From: the human T2T-CHM13v2.0 reference genome, Homo sapiens
Assembly (NCBI RefSeq): GCF_009914755.1
Contig: NC_060934.1
DNA length: 64,000 nt
Reading direction: 5' to 3' (one strand)
Positions 1 through 12,305 of this stretch are shown here, one piece after another. The notes below the pieces were generated by a model, which was given only the letters and a program-made list of their open reading frames with translations, was not told where the DNA came from and searched no databases. The position numbers and the translations under genes are program-made. Every line of letters begins with the position of its first letter. Within the stretch, counting starts at the first letter, position 1.

Positions 1-1785
1 TCACATACACTTATAATCATGTACTACAATGTTAACATTTTGCTTAAATCGCTATATATCTTTGAAAGAAATTGAAAGAAGTGAGCTTTACATGTTACCC
101 CATATTTGTCTTTTCCACTGATCTTCATTCCTTTTTGTAGAAGAGAAATTTCATCTGGTAATATTTCTTTCCAGCCTGAATAATTTCTTTGAATATTTTT
201 TCTTTTATCAGCTTTCTGGCAACAAATTCTGTTTTTGTCCATCCAAAGTTGTCTTTATGTTGCCTTCATTTTCGAAGAATATTTTCATTGGATATAAAAT
301 TCTGACTTGATTTTTGTTGTTTTAGCAGTTTACAGAGGCCATTCCATCATCTCTGGCCTCCATTGTTTCTTATGGGAAGTCAATTGTCACTATTTAATCA
401 TTGTTCCCACATGAAGTATCATTTTTCTTTGCTTTTAATATTTTCTCCTTATCTTTGATTTTCAGAATTCAGAGGTTAATATTCATAGGTATGATTTTCT
501 TTGATTTTGTGCTATGGATTTCTGTAAGTTTCTTCTATCTGCGTGTTTAAGCTTTTTGTTTTTACCAAATTTGTGGGGGTTTTTTGCCATTGATCTTCAT
601 ATATATTTTTTTCTGCTCCATTCTATTTTTTTCTCCTACTGAGACTCTAATTGCATGTATGTTAGACCATTTAAAATACTCTCATAGGTCACAGTGTCTC
701 TGTTTACTGTTTCTAAAATCCTTTTTTTCTGTATCCTTCTGGTTAGATAATTTCTATTAATCTACCTTCAAGGTCACTGAACTTTTCCCATTTCTGTTCT
801 CCTGTTAAGGTCAAATCATGTGTGTGTCTGTGTATATACACATATATATCTATATGTATATATATATAAAATAAAATATATATGTATATTTTATTATAAA
901 TATTGTGCTTTTTAGTTTCCACATTTTCTTTGGTTCCTTTTAAAATTCTAGTTCTCTAATGAGAATTCCCTTCTATCCATCTGTTCATTCATTATAATCA
1001 TCTTTTCCCTTAAGACCTTGTTCATGCTTATTACAGCTACTTTAAAGCATTTGAGTCTTAATTACAAAATCTGGGTTATCTCAATGTTAATATCTACTGG
1101 CTTTTAAAAAAAACTCTTGACTATGGGTCACATTGCCCTGTTTCCTATTCTTATGTTGTCTAGTAATTTATTGTTGTGTCCTGGACATTGTAGACAATAC
1201 ATTGTATAGACACTGATAGATTGCAATTTCTGGTATTACCTTTCCCTCCTCCCCACTTTTTAAAAAGCATGCTGAGATTTTGTTCTAGCAGGCAGCTAAC
1301 TTGGCTGGACTCAAATTACTAATTGAGTCTCTCATGTGGAAAGTAGCCCCTGAAATCTGTGGTCAGTTCTTTCAGACTTCCAGTTGTTACTTTTCACTCT
1401 GTCTTGTAATCTTCCCAGCATATGTGCAGTTTAGGGTCATCTCAGGATTTAGTTGTAGGATTTTGCAGACTTTGTAGCCTTACCCTTTGTTGTTCTCTTC
1501 TTTCTGGGATCACTCCCTTCACTTTCCAACTGTTCTGCCAGTGGCAAAATTCATCCTTAACCACCCAAGAAGAAGCAGAAAGGTGACTTCCTGCTTGCAT
1601 TTTAGCCACTCCATCTTGCAGACTTCTGTTAAGGGCCAGCTTCCATCTAGCTTCTGTCTGCTTTTGGTTTCTTTCCGGTACCCACATGTAGTAGTTTTTA
1701 GAATATTTTGTCCAAATTTTATAATTTTCATCAATGGGAGGGTTTGTTTAATATAAGCTACTCTATCATTACTGGAAGTTGAACT
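1..1785 (-). mobile_element. Ancient L1 (L1ME/L1M-type) 5' end + ORF1 remnant
   Basis: Antisense L1 ORF1-like text (ttttcattggatataaaattctg...tctggcctccattgtttct...). Ends in the old-L1 5' terminus ...gggagggtttgtttaatataagctactctatcattactggaag. ORF 24..242 lies over the decayed ORF1 3' region. Confidence 0.8.
818..900. repeat. (TG)/(TA) low-complexity microsatellite inside L1
   Basis: tgtgtgtgtctgtgtatatacacatatatatc... Confidence 0.85.
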
Positions 1786-1814
1786 TTAGATCTTCTCATT
1801 GTTTAAGAGAAGAC

Positions 1815-1956
1815 GGAAATATATAGATTTTTCTGTGAAATCTCTTGATTATTTACTCTGGGCAGCTACATTGATATTTAAAACACCTTGTGTAGGGAAA
1901 AAAATCATGCCTATGGGCTAAATATGGCCCCTAGACCCTCAGTTTGCAAAATTTGA
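1815..1956. mobile_element. MER103C-like hAT-Charlie fragment
   Basis: atagatttttctgtgaaatctcttgatt...aaaacacc...atatggccc...cagtttgcaa matches the recalled MER103C end. Confidence 0.55.
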
Positions 1957-1964
1957 TCTAGTTC

Positions 1965-2078
1965 AGCTTGCCATTTTAGAGATGGGGAAATAAGTTCAGA
2001 GAGGGGATGTGACTTCTCTGAGGCCATCTGGTATATCATTGCAGATTTTCAACTAGAACTAAGGTTTCTGACTTTCAG
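1965..2078 (-). mobile_element. MIR SINE fragment
   Basis: ccattttagagatggggaaa...cagagagg...tgactt core. Confidence 0.65.
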
Positions 2079-3295
2079 CTATATATCTCTTTTGTTAGGC
2101 CAAGTTATTGTCCCTTTCTCTGTCTGCTAGAATAGGCAACTGCTCAGATGCACTGGCTAGGATTCCCATGGGAGACATCAGAGAATAACCCCTGCAAAGA
2201 GTGGGAAAGCAGTAAGACCAGCTGGAGAAGGAGCACCATCGTGGGCCATTACTGGACTGCTTTTTTCTCTTCCACTTGGCCCACTTGATATTTGGGGCAC
2301 TGTGAGGACAGGCAGACAGCTGCCTGGTGGACTGACTCAGTCCTCCTGAATCTAGCTCTCTTCCAGTCATTCTTATGTTTAAGGTTACCAATTCTCCGCT
2401 GTGCCCATGTGAGCTATTTGATGTTCTCATCCAAAGCACTGTCACGCTAGATAACTTTTTTCCTGAACTCTGTCCTGTCACCAAATGTCACTGTGCCCCT
2501 GTGCAGGGAGACATGGAGCATCTGACTGCACATGGGCCTTGGGATGCTTCTCTCATAAATGGCAGATTTAGGACCAGACAAGGAATTGGTGCACCAGCCA
2601 TAAATCCTGAGAAGAATAATGCCAGATTCATCTGGCTGCTGGCGTTTGATTTGTGGGTGTGTGAAAGGTCGCACAACCTCTTAGAGGAGTATGGTGGGGA
2701 AAATATGGTTCGGATTGCCCATCCTAGCTCCTTCTTGGGCTTTGGATGCTCTACAAGTAGGCAAATGGAAACAGTAAATATTTGGGATTCCAGATCTGGT
2801 CCTTTCCCATTTTATAACATTAGTAACTTTGTCCTTAAACCTTAGTTTCCCTTTCTGGGCTCCTTTCATCTTCTATGGTAGTTACATCCCGCCTGCTACA
2901 GACTCCTCTCGTGTTCTCGGCCACTCACCTTAGGCAGGGGTCCACTCTTAGGAGAAGATCTTATGTCAGCCACAAACCCCCAGTGCAACAACACTGCAGA
3001 ACTCTAAGAAACCTTTCAAGACTTCTGGTTGAACACCTTCACGTCACATAGGAGGAACTGGGGCTGAAAGGAACAGGAAGCCACTGGAAGCCTGTAGCTG
3101 GTTAGGGGCAGAGACACATCTGGAACTCAGTTTTCTAGGCCCTGCCCCACCCATCCAGTGCTTTTCTTCACCTCACTGGAACCATTTTGCTTTGGCGTGA
3201 AATTGTCTAAACCATTTTATCTGGGGTAAAAATCCTCTCGGCCTAAGGGTGGACAATTTGCCCCACCTTCTCTTGCCCTTAATCCTAGTGTGGTA

Positions 3296-3375
3296 CTAGT
3301 TTTAACTGTATGAAATTGCCAATATCTGACCAGTCTTGACCTACAAAAATGTCAGTTTTGTGCGGTTCAACCTAA
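3296..3375. mobile_element. MADE2 mariner MITE (80 bp)
   Basis: ctagttttaactgtatgaaattgcc...gacctacaaaaatgtcagttttgtgcggttcaacctaa. Palindromic TIRs, TA at 3294-3295. Confidence 0.8.
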
Positions 3376-3412
3376 TTCTGGCCTTTTTCTTTGGGTGAGT
3401 GTTGATTTGGGG

Positions 3413-3640
3413 GATGAGTTGGCTCAGGTGACCGGAACATGGTGCTGATGAGCTGAGATCACAGGTCAGAGGACTGTGTAGCTTTCCAAGCTTGTCTGTT
3501 TCCCCATGCTAGTTCGCAAGCCTCACTTCAGGCAGCCATCCTGACAGCAGTGCTCCCATTGCTGGGCTCCGGATATTCATGTAGGCAGGTGCCCAGAGTG
3601 CGAGGAGGCCCATGTCCATTCCATGCCACTGCAGTAGAAG
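3413..3640 (+). mobile_element. MamSINE1-like tRNA(Ile)-derived ancient SINE
   Basis: Head gttggctcaggtgaccggaacatggtgctgatgagctgagatcacaggt aligns to tRNA-Ile(AAT)/MamSINE1 with CpG decay. Confidence 0.45.
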
Positions 3641-3664
3641 GGAAGGGGAGGGACCCTTGGGTAC

Positions 3665-3869
3665 TGATGAGCCTGACTTTGAGTCCTGGGTCTACCCCTT
3701 TTAGCTGGGTGACCTTGGGCAAGTTCTTAAGTTCTCTGGTTTTTAGTTTTCTCCTTTTAAAATGAGAATAAAAAGATTTTCTTCATGATTTGTGAAAGTT
3801 AAGTGGCACGATATGCAAAAGTACTTGGTCAGTGCTTGGCACATAGTAGGGGCTCTATAAACAGTTATT
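3665..3869 (+). mobile_element. MIR SINE
   Basis: gaccttgggcaagtt core through cagtgcttggcacatagtag tail. Confidence 0.85.
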
Positions 3870-5116
3870 TCCGAAAACACACACATACTTCACGGTACCA
3901 GAGTGCTGAGCCTTTGACTTTGGGCAGCACTTTGCACCAATTCATAGATCTCTCCCCTTTCTGCCTGTCTCTTCTGAATCTTAGAGCTCGTTGTTTCAAT
4001 GTTCTTGCTCGATTATTGGATTCTGTAGATAAAGTTCGTCCTCACAGGGAGACTGTATTTTTGTTGAGGGCAGTGATATTATTTGGGACCCCCACTATTA
4101 CTTCTTCAGCCTTAGGTCCATAGAAGGGCCTTGAATGAAATAAATTGTTGAATAAAACAAGCTTCTTTGCAGACACTCACATGCCCACTGTATAATCCAG
4201 TAGAGACCTCCCCAGCAGTGTTTGCATAATGTTATACGTTCCAGCCCCACATTTAATGGTTGGTGATTGTGAGGGTTAAAGGTGGCTTTTCTCAAATTGT
4301 AGACTGGCTCTTAGAGTCTGACACCAGCACTCTATGTCCTTTGAGGGGAGAATTCTCCTTCCACCCATAGATTATCAGAGAATCCCAGCCAAGTTCCAAT
4401 TGCCCTGTGATAATGCAGTACTTTGTTCCCGAGCAGGTTAGGAACTGATATCCCCATTATGTGGCATATCATGAAATGAATGTTATTGTTAAGTGTAAGG
4501 ACAGGGCATATTAGTGGTATCTTTTATTACGCAGTCTTCATTATAAAAGAACAGCTATTGCTAAAGTAGTCCCCATTTGATAGGTAGTGGGACATTGTTC
4601 TTGTGTTGTTGGTGCTGATTAAGGCTGGGATAATGCACTGTTCCTGCCTGTTACGTCCATCAGGAAACAAGGCCGACCAAGGTAAAATAGATGAGCGTAT
4701 GTTGGCGACAGATTAAAAAGACTAGTGTAAAGTCCATTAATAATTCTCATATTTAGGATTTGGTTTCTACTGTACTTACTGAATCTGCAACATTTAATCT
4801 CTTCTATGTGAGACCAGCTGAGAGAACCTTTTCTCCCCCTTCTGAGTGATAGGCCTGGATTTTCCGAGACAGTGCATTTGTCTGTCAGGACCCATGGCTG
4901 CTGTGGTGATTTACTTGCCATCAGATGATGTTGGTGTCCGGTTGGTGATATAGCCTTGCTGGATATGGGGAAATTTGTTACCTTTAGCTTTGACAGGAAG
5001 ATAATTGCTGATGGTTAACAGAACTGAGCCAAATCCATTGGTTTTTCAGTAACACAAGCATAAGACTGGCTTTGAGAACCCTGCTTTTCCCTGCATACAC
5101 TTCAATTCTAAGCTTT

Positions 5117-5160
5117 TGTGTGTGTGTGTAAAATGTGTGTGTGTGCATGTGTGTGTTTGT
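5117..5160. repeat. Imperfect (TG)n
   Basis: tgtgtgtgtgtgtaaaatgtgtgtgtgtgcatgtgtgtgtttgt. Confidence 0.85.
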
Positions 5161-6344
5161 ATCTTGAGGGAAATGCACCAGACTCCAGATTATTCTCCTT
5201 CTTTTAAAAAAAATTGCTGCAGCGTACTAGCATGAGGCCTGAAGAAGTGTTTGTTCACTCTACAAAGAAAAGACCTTAGGTGAGTTGGAAGTGGGTGTTT
5301 AGGAGGGGTGTCCTGGAATACCAGAAGCAGCTGGCCACTTGCAAAAAAGGTTTGTCGTTAGTAGGGCATTGTTTTGTTAGGCATCTCTCCTGAGAATACA
5401 TAAATCTGGGCCTCCATCATGTAGCTTGTCAATTTGTCTTCACACTGTGCAATCAAGTGATTGGTTCAACAATGCCTTGTAATGTTTGAGCCTTGAGGGC
5501 TTCTCAGTAAAAGTCTTAAAATGTTGGAAAGAAACTTAGAAAGTCTCAGGGGATAGCCATGTGCTTCAAAGAGCAGCGTGCAGGTTCTGGACCTGGGATG
5601 ATGATGGGCTCACGTGGTTTTCCTAGGCACAAGGGTTGGGGGAAGGCCATGGGGTATAATTGGAGGAGTCTTAGGAAGAAATTTAGAGAAGGAATAGAAC
5701 TATCCTCTAGCCCTTCCTCTCTCATCCTTTGGCCATTACAATGAAGGGTCCCTGGGAAGCCCCAATATTATGCTTCTCTCCTTGGGCACCCTCGATTTGG
5801 AGCTTGTGATGATCTACCTCAGTGGCACAACAGGCTTTGAAAACACCCATATTTACCCATAGGGAAGCTTGCTTTTTGAGGAAGCCAGAGATGCAACCTT
5901 CTATCTGCAGGTACTGTGTACCAAGAGCACCAGTTCTCACCTCCCTTTTCTTCTGCCCCAAGGAAAATTTCCATTTTGCCCCAAGATGTTGCGAAGAGGG
6001 CATGAAGTGTGGATACTACCAAGGCTGCCATGTGCTAGTGTCATGACGTTTTCTTGGTGACAGGAATACTCTTTCTGAAGCCCAGAGAACTCTAGGTCCT
6101 TCCAGTTTTGCAGGAGAGGGTCTCTGGAATCACCTTGGTTCCCCAAAGCAGAAAATCTAGAAGAGTCCTTGCCAAGACGGCAAAATGTGTGAGGGGAACC
6201 AGATGTTGCCCTCCCTGTTCAGCCCTGAATGTGGGTGGCTGTGGCCTTTGGAGGCTGGGGTCACCCCCCTTCCTCATTGCTCACATCTGTCCAGTGACCA
6301 GGTACTCATAATCTTTTATTAAGAGACTCATCAGCTCTGCCCTT

Positions 6345-6927
6345 CTTTCCCTCTCTGTAGCCACTGCCCAGGGCCAATGGCACTCATCACTTCCTCCCTC
6401 AATGTTTGCAATGGCACCTCAGCTAGTTTGTGCCTTCAGCTTCCCTGTCCTTGAATATATGCTACTCATTGACTTGAAGCTTACCCTTCTAAGACCCTGA
6501 GCTGACCAGAGAGCTCTGACAGCAGTTTGCTGTGTCTCTATTGCTTCCTACCTTATGTCATAGACAGCTCTGTTCACACATGCCCCCTCTTTCCTTCCAG
6601 ACTGCACCCTGTTTGAGGGCCGACTCAGCATTTTGTGTTTGTTCTGAGATGTTCATTCCTTTCATTCCTGCTTGTTTAGTTCTCTTATCATTCAAGGCCC
6701 AACATCAGAGCCATCACTCCTGGGAGATGTTTTCTCTTTCTGCTAATTGAAGTCCTCTTCGGGGACTTGTTATATTATTAATGACAATACTTTTTGTGCA
6801 CACCTACTAGCTGGTAAGTCCCTTGAAGTCCAGGGCCCTATGGTGCCCTATTCTTCCTCCCTATCACCTGGCATTGCCCTCTGCACACAGTGATCACTCA
6901 GGAACCTTTAATGAGTGAATGAATGAA
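6345..6927 (+). mobile_element. L2 LINE 3' end
   Basis: L2 3' motifs (tcattcaaggcccaac..., cctactagctggtaagtcccttgaag) ending in gtgaatgaatgaa. Confidence 0.7.
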
Positions 6928-8829
6928 GCTAGAGTGTGATGATCTCCTTATGGCTCCTGGATTGTTTCTTGCTAGTGCCTGGTAAATGACTTAGTTTTCT
7001 ATGTTGATGTTTCATTGAGAACCTACTGCGCACACATCAGTGGTTAGTCCTGGAAAGCAGGGTAAGATCCATGTGCCACCACTTCCTGATTCCATGCCCA
7101 AGGCAGACATCACTGGTGGCCACAGTGTTCACTCTCAGTGAGGCCCAATATCGCCTGTGAACTTGGCTCCACGTGTCATTCCTGGCAGCTGCTACCCATC
7201 ATTAGTTAGTATTTGAAGTGTAACTGTCCTGCCATCCCTGGTTCAGCTATGATGAGAGGTCCTGAGAAAGCTGACATTGTCCTTTCCCAAGGGAATTTAC
7301 AGTTCACTAAGGAGATTAAGTAAATATTTTAAAAGTACTTAGTATGTGGAAGATTTAAGTAGTCACACAAGGCACTAAGTGGTTCAGAGCTAAGCGAGTG
7401 GTGGTGGGCGGTAGCAGGCAGTAATAATCTGGGGAGCTTGGAAAGTGAGGAATGCTGAGCCACTGCAGTCAGAGCCGACTTCCTGGAGGAGGTGGCTTTA
7501 ACACCTAGAGGAATTGGGAGAACAGTCTGTGGCAGGAGGAGAAACAGCCCAAGCAGCTCCTCAGAGGAGGCAGGCCAAAGAGGGAAGAGCTTTAGATTCT
7601 TTTCTTATGGTCAGGGCAACCTCTAGCAATGGAAAGCCCAGATGTCTCAAAGACCTGGACGGCACTGCCATGGCATTCTCCTTGATTTGCGAGCTGGTGC
7701 ATAGTCCTGAAGAGTCCCTTTTAAAATTCTTCACTCTGAGGAATCACTTAAAACAAATCATGATTCTTGAAATCTGCCTCTAACCCCCAAATAGTTTTTT
7801 TTCCACGGTGAAGAACTGGAATATTTCTGTGTGTTTGCTTTGCTCTCCATGGGTAACCTCTCTTCCTGCATGATAAATACACATTTGAAAATATTGATTT
7901 GCTGCTACCCCTTTGAAAAGCTTAAGAAGGCTGACCTCTGCCTCAGCGTTCTCTGACTTGAATTTTTCAGACTGACCAATTGACCCCTGGAAAGGCTGAG
8001 AAACGTTACCTGCGGTCCTGGAGGGACTTTCTGGGGGACGGAGGCCACGGTGGTGGCGGCCACTTGGCAAATGCCTGAAAGGAGGGCCTTTTAATAAAAT
8101 GCAGTATGTCCATGGCTCAAATCTAATGACTTTTAAATAGCTCCTGGGAAGAGGAAAGCCTCCATGGTGGAGCCCAGGAGTCACCCCGGGGGAAGTGCCA
8201 TTTTCCAGACTCATCTCAGAAACCCTGGGGTCCCCTCAGCCCCAAGTACATGGGGCTGTGTTGGGCCTCAAAGTTTGCTTCTTCTCAACCTCCCACCCCG
8301 ACCCCGCCGATTGCTCCTCGTTTTATTTTCTTTCCTTGGTTTTACCACGGTATGACCTCGTGTTGTATTTTTTCTGAATGACAATGAAAGTAATTGAAAA
8401 TATTGATTGGCAGTACAGTTAAGTTGTCAACACAACCATTTAATTTGTCAGGAGGACTTGTTAAATTGTCAAAAATCATATAAAAAAACTCCTTCAGTCA
8501 CTGATGATATACATTAGAGATGTTCATGAATCAAATGGGCCATTTTGGAGATAAGTGTTGAAGAAAAATTCTGAAATGGGTTTCTTCAGATACGTTTGTG
8601 TTCTCTCCCACTCTCTCTCTCTCTGATCACACATTACAAAGAATATTGGAACGATTTTGGCAAGGCAAGGTGAGTGAGGGATACTTTTTTGAGTAGAGGC
8701 CTCACTAAGGGTATCATGGCAGAAATAAGATCATTTATAGCAATTAAATTAGAAGATTCTAATGCGGATGCCATCAAGTTATTTATTAGGACAAACGGGT
8801 TGGGAAGTTCCTTTCCTCCTTATATGTAG

Positions 8830-9167
<338 letters not shown>

Positions 9168-9182
9168 AGGAAATTGTCTTTT

Positions 9183-9492
9183 TAAAAATTATTTAATTTT
9201 TTAAGAGACAGGGTCTCGTTCTGTTGTTCAGGCTTGAGTGCAGGGGTGTGATCATGGCTCACTGCAGCCTTGACCTCCTGGGCTCAAGCCATTCTCCCAC
9301 CTCAGCCTCCTGAGTAGCTGGGACCACAGGCACACACCACCATGCCCAGCTAATCGGTTTTTAAAATTTTTTATAGAGATAGCGGTCTCACTATATAGCC
9401 CAGGCTGGTCTTGAACTCCTGGCCTCAAGCGATCCTTCTGCCTCAGCCTCCCAAATTGCTGGAATTTACAGGTGTGAGCCACCATGCCTAGC
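9183..9492 (-). mobile_element. AluJ
   Basis: J diagnostics ctgcagccttgacctcctgggctcaag and gtctcactat. TSD AGGAAATTGTCTTTT at 9168-9182 and 9493-9507. Confidence 0.95.
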
Positions 9493-9882
9493 AGGAAATT
9501 GTCTTTTAGGGGCTCTTGGCTGCTGACTCTGCCAGCCCTGTGTGAGGCTGAGTGGGTAATACCAGCTTCCTGTTCAGATATGTGGGGCCCTGTTGAAACC
9601 CTCCTGCATTTTCACTGCTGCTAGTAATTTAGTTCCTGAAGGGTCTATGTGCCCAAATGAAATTGGAAGTAGCTTTATTTATTTTAGATTAATTTAAGAA
9701 TAGTGCTATCTGCTACCCCTTGGTCAAAATGAGTCAAGTCATTCTTGACATTGTTAGTTTTTAGCTCTATTTAATAAAATAATGTATTAGGGCTCAGAAA
9801 TCCAACTTGATTCAGCTTGAGGGAATAAAGGATTTTATTGGAAAGCTACTCAGGTCACTCCTATAGTTCACAGGAGGGCTGG

Positions 9883-10388
9883 TGTGGTAGGCAGAATACT
9901 AAGAATGGCCCCCGCAGTATTCCTTGTCCCCTAGTGCCCAGCCTCTGTAATGTGATGAGATATCACTGCCCTGATTCTGTTGTGTTACATGGAGTGGTGG
10001 ATCTTAAAAAGGGGGATTATCCAGGTGGGCCGAATCTAATCACACAGGATCTGAAAGCGCAGAACTTTCTTCACCTGGTTGAAGCAGAGAAAGTCCTAGA
10101 TATTCAAAGAGAGAGAGGGATTTGACATGCTCTTGCTGGCGTGACAATGGAGGGGCTCACGAGAAGGATCGGGCAGCTCCTAGAAGCAGAAAGTGGATCA
10201 CAGCCAGCAGCCAGCAAGGAGTCAGAGACATCAGCTGTACAGCTGCAAGGAACTGAATTCTGCCTGCCACCTGAATGAGCTCAGAAGGCGATCTTTTCCC
10301 CCAGCGTATCTGGTTGAGAGCACAGACATGTGGGGACTAACACCTTGATTTTGGCCTTGTGATACCCTGAGCATAGAACCCAGCTGAG
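9883..10388 (+). mobile_element. MLT1E-type MaLR LTR, 3'-truncated, nested in an older MLT1K-like remnant (~9785-9880, ~10440-10540)
   Basis: tgtggtaggcagaat...ggattatccaggtgggcc...aatctaatcaca...ctgcaaggaactgaattctgcc. Confidence 0.8.
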
Positions 10389-10548
10389 GGGTGGAGCAGT
10401 TGTGTGCAGTCCTAGGATTGGGGTTATGCACCTGACCAAGGTCTATCCCGATGATAGGCAGCCCCCCACCGTAAGCTCATATGCAGCCCCAAAAGAAGGG
10501 AATGCAGTTCTGGGAAGATAATATAATAAATGCTTGCTAAAAGTCATA

Positions 10549-11224
10549 CTGCATCTCATGTTGCTAAAATGCATGTTTTTCACATTTTATGACTCTGAAA
10601 TGGGGGTGCATCTTTCCAAAGCATGGTGACTTCTGAAAGAAAGCTGCTGGCCAGGGTCTGCCATGTTTGTCTCTGCCTATGCTTGGGCAGCCTTGGCAGC
10701 TGTTCCTGGTGGCTCCTCTCAACTGTAACCCCTAGGGTTTCAGTCAGCAAACCACTGAACGGCCATTTGAGGAAAGATTCTAAGTCTAGTTATTGTCTGA
10801 AAACCTTCTGTTGACATTTCCTGGTAAGATTGAGAAAGTGCTAGTATCAAAACTTGCAGAACGCTTGTTGGCGGCTGCAGCAGCTATGCTCTTGAGTGAC
10901 AGAGAAGATGATATTTTGTGTGAGAAACACAAACATCGATAAACTCTGAGTTGAAAATTGATTCTGAAAAGTCAGGCAGTGAGTGGGAGAAGTTTTGGGA
11001 ATGCTTTATTCCATGTATTTCACCTATGTATATTTTTATGAATGCACACAAGTGATAAAAGTCTGTGTCTACATTAATCCAAAAGAGCTATTTTAATAAG
11101 TATAAAATAAAAATGCCAAGTGATTGGAAAGCATTGTGTGGCAGTTTAATTGCTTTGTTTTTCTCAGTGTTACATAAAATCATGCTGTATTAAAATCAAC
11201 GGCACATTAGATTCATATAATTTT
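10549..11224 (+). mobile_element. Kanga1/MER104-type TcMar-Tc2 DNA transposon with transposase remnant
   Basis: TA then ctgcatctcatgttgctaaaatgcatgtttttcacatttta...ctctgaaatggg. Internal peptide VSVSKPLNGHLRK resembles pogo-family DVSVNKPFKDHLR. Confidence 0.75.
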
Positions 11225-11859
11225 AAATAAAACATTTTAGTATATTACACATTGGTTATCTTGTAAGATAGGGATATTTTACTTGGAAAAGTGGAGACTG
11301 GGGTTTTGGCATTGTGATGGGCTGCAAAAATTGGTGTCTTTTAAAATTCAGAATTGCTGAGGTGTCTGTTGATTAGACTGTAAGAGAAAGGACTGAATGC
11401 TTGATGCAGGTTGAAATTGTGCCAATCATGTGTCCCAGCCTCCATGCTCCACAAACATTTACTGCCACTCTCTGCCACCTGAGATGCCTCTGGGCTCTCA
11501 CCTGGAATCTGTGATTAAACATGAGTTGGTTGGGAGGTGAGGCATTGAGACCATGAGTGGTTGGGGTAGGTGTCCTTGGAATTTATAACATGGCTTTGCT
11601 TTGTTTCTGGCCCAAGGTGGTATTCTGCTGTCACAGAAAGAACACACCAGACCACATTTTCATGGCATCTTTACCATTACCTAGCTGTGAGACTTTGATC
11701 TCAATATTTACCTGCTTTGGCAGTCTCTATTTCTGCATTAATGTAACAAAAGAGCTAAACTATAGTGCCTCAAATTTTGTTTCTAGCACTAATATTTTGT
11801 TTTCAAAAAATGTGCTCAGTGTCTCCCTTGTTGCATTTCTTTGACTTCTCATTTCTGGT

Positions 11860-11995
11860 ATACATTTGTTCGTATTTTTGGAGTTCCTGTGGCTTGCTGA
11901 GCCCTATGCTGAGTTATGCATGGGAGAAAAGCTGAAGATGGTATCCTTATCCTCAGGGAGCTCTTCCATGGCATTTCAGAGAGAGGATAGATATC
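11860..11995 (-). mobile_element. L2 fragment
   Basis: catttgttcgtatttttggag...tccttatcctcagggagctc. Confidence 0.55.
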
Positions 11996-12044
11996 TGAAA
12001 ATGGGAGTATGTCTTTATTTTTAATATAGCATGAAAAAAGAAAG

Positions 12045-12305
12045 TTTATTAGTTATCTATTGCAATGTAATACATTACTACAAAACCTAGTAGCTTAAAC
12101 CAATTTATATTTATTATCTCCTAATTTCTATGGGCAAGGGATTTAGTAGCAACTTAGATAAGTGGTTCTAGCTCAGGGTCTCTAAAGAAATTGTAGTCAA
12201 GATATATTGTCAGGACTGCAGTCACCTGAAGGCTTGACTGGAGCTAGAGGATATGCTTCCAAAATGGCTGACTTGCACAAATGTTTGCAGGAACTCTCAC
12301 TTCCT
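12045..12305 (-). mobile_element. MLT1F/G/H-type LTR, 3' half only
   Basis: tattagttatctattgc...tagcttaaac...tatttattatctc...gaaggcttgactggagctagagga...cttccaaaatggct. Confidence 0.8.

Noticed and set aside
2375-2845. 156-aa ORF in unique sequence
   Set aside because: No recognisable domain or splice framework. Length is within chance for six frames of 64 kb.
3413-3480. Functional tRNA-Ile gene
   Set aside because: B-box/T-arm destroyed and stems mismatched. SINE remnant at most.
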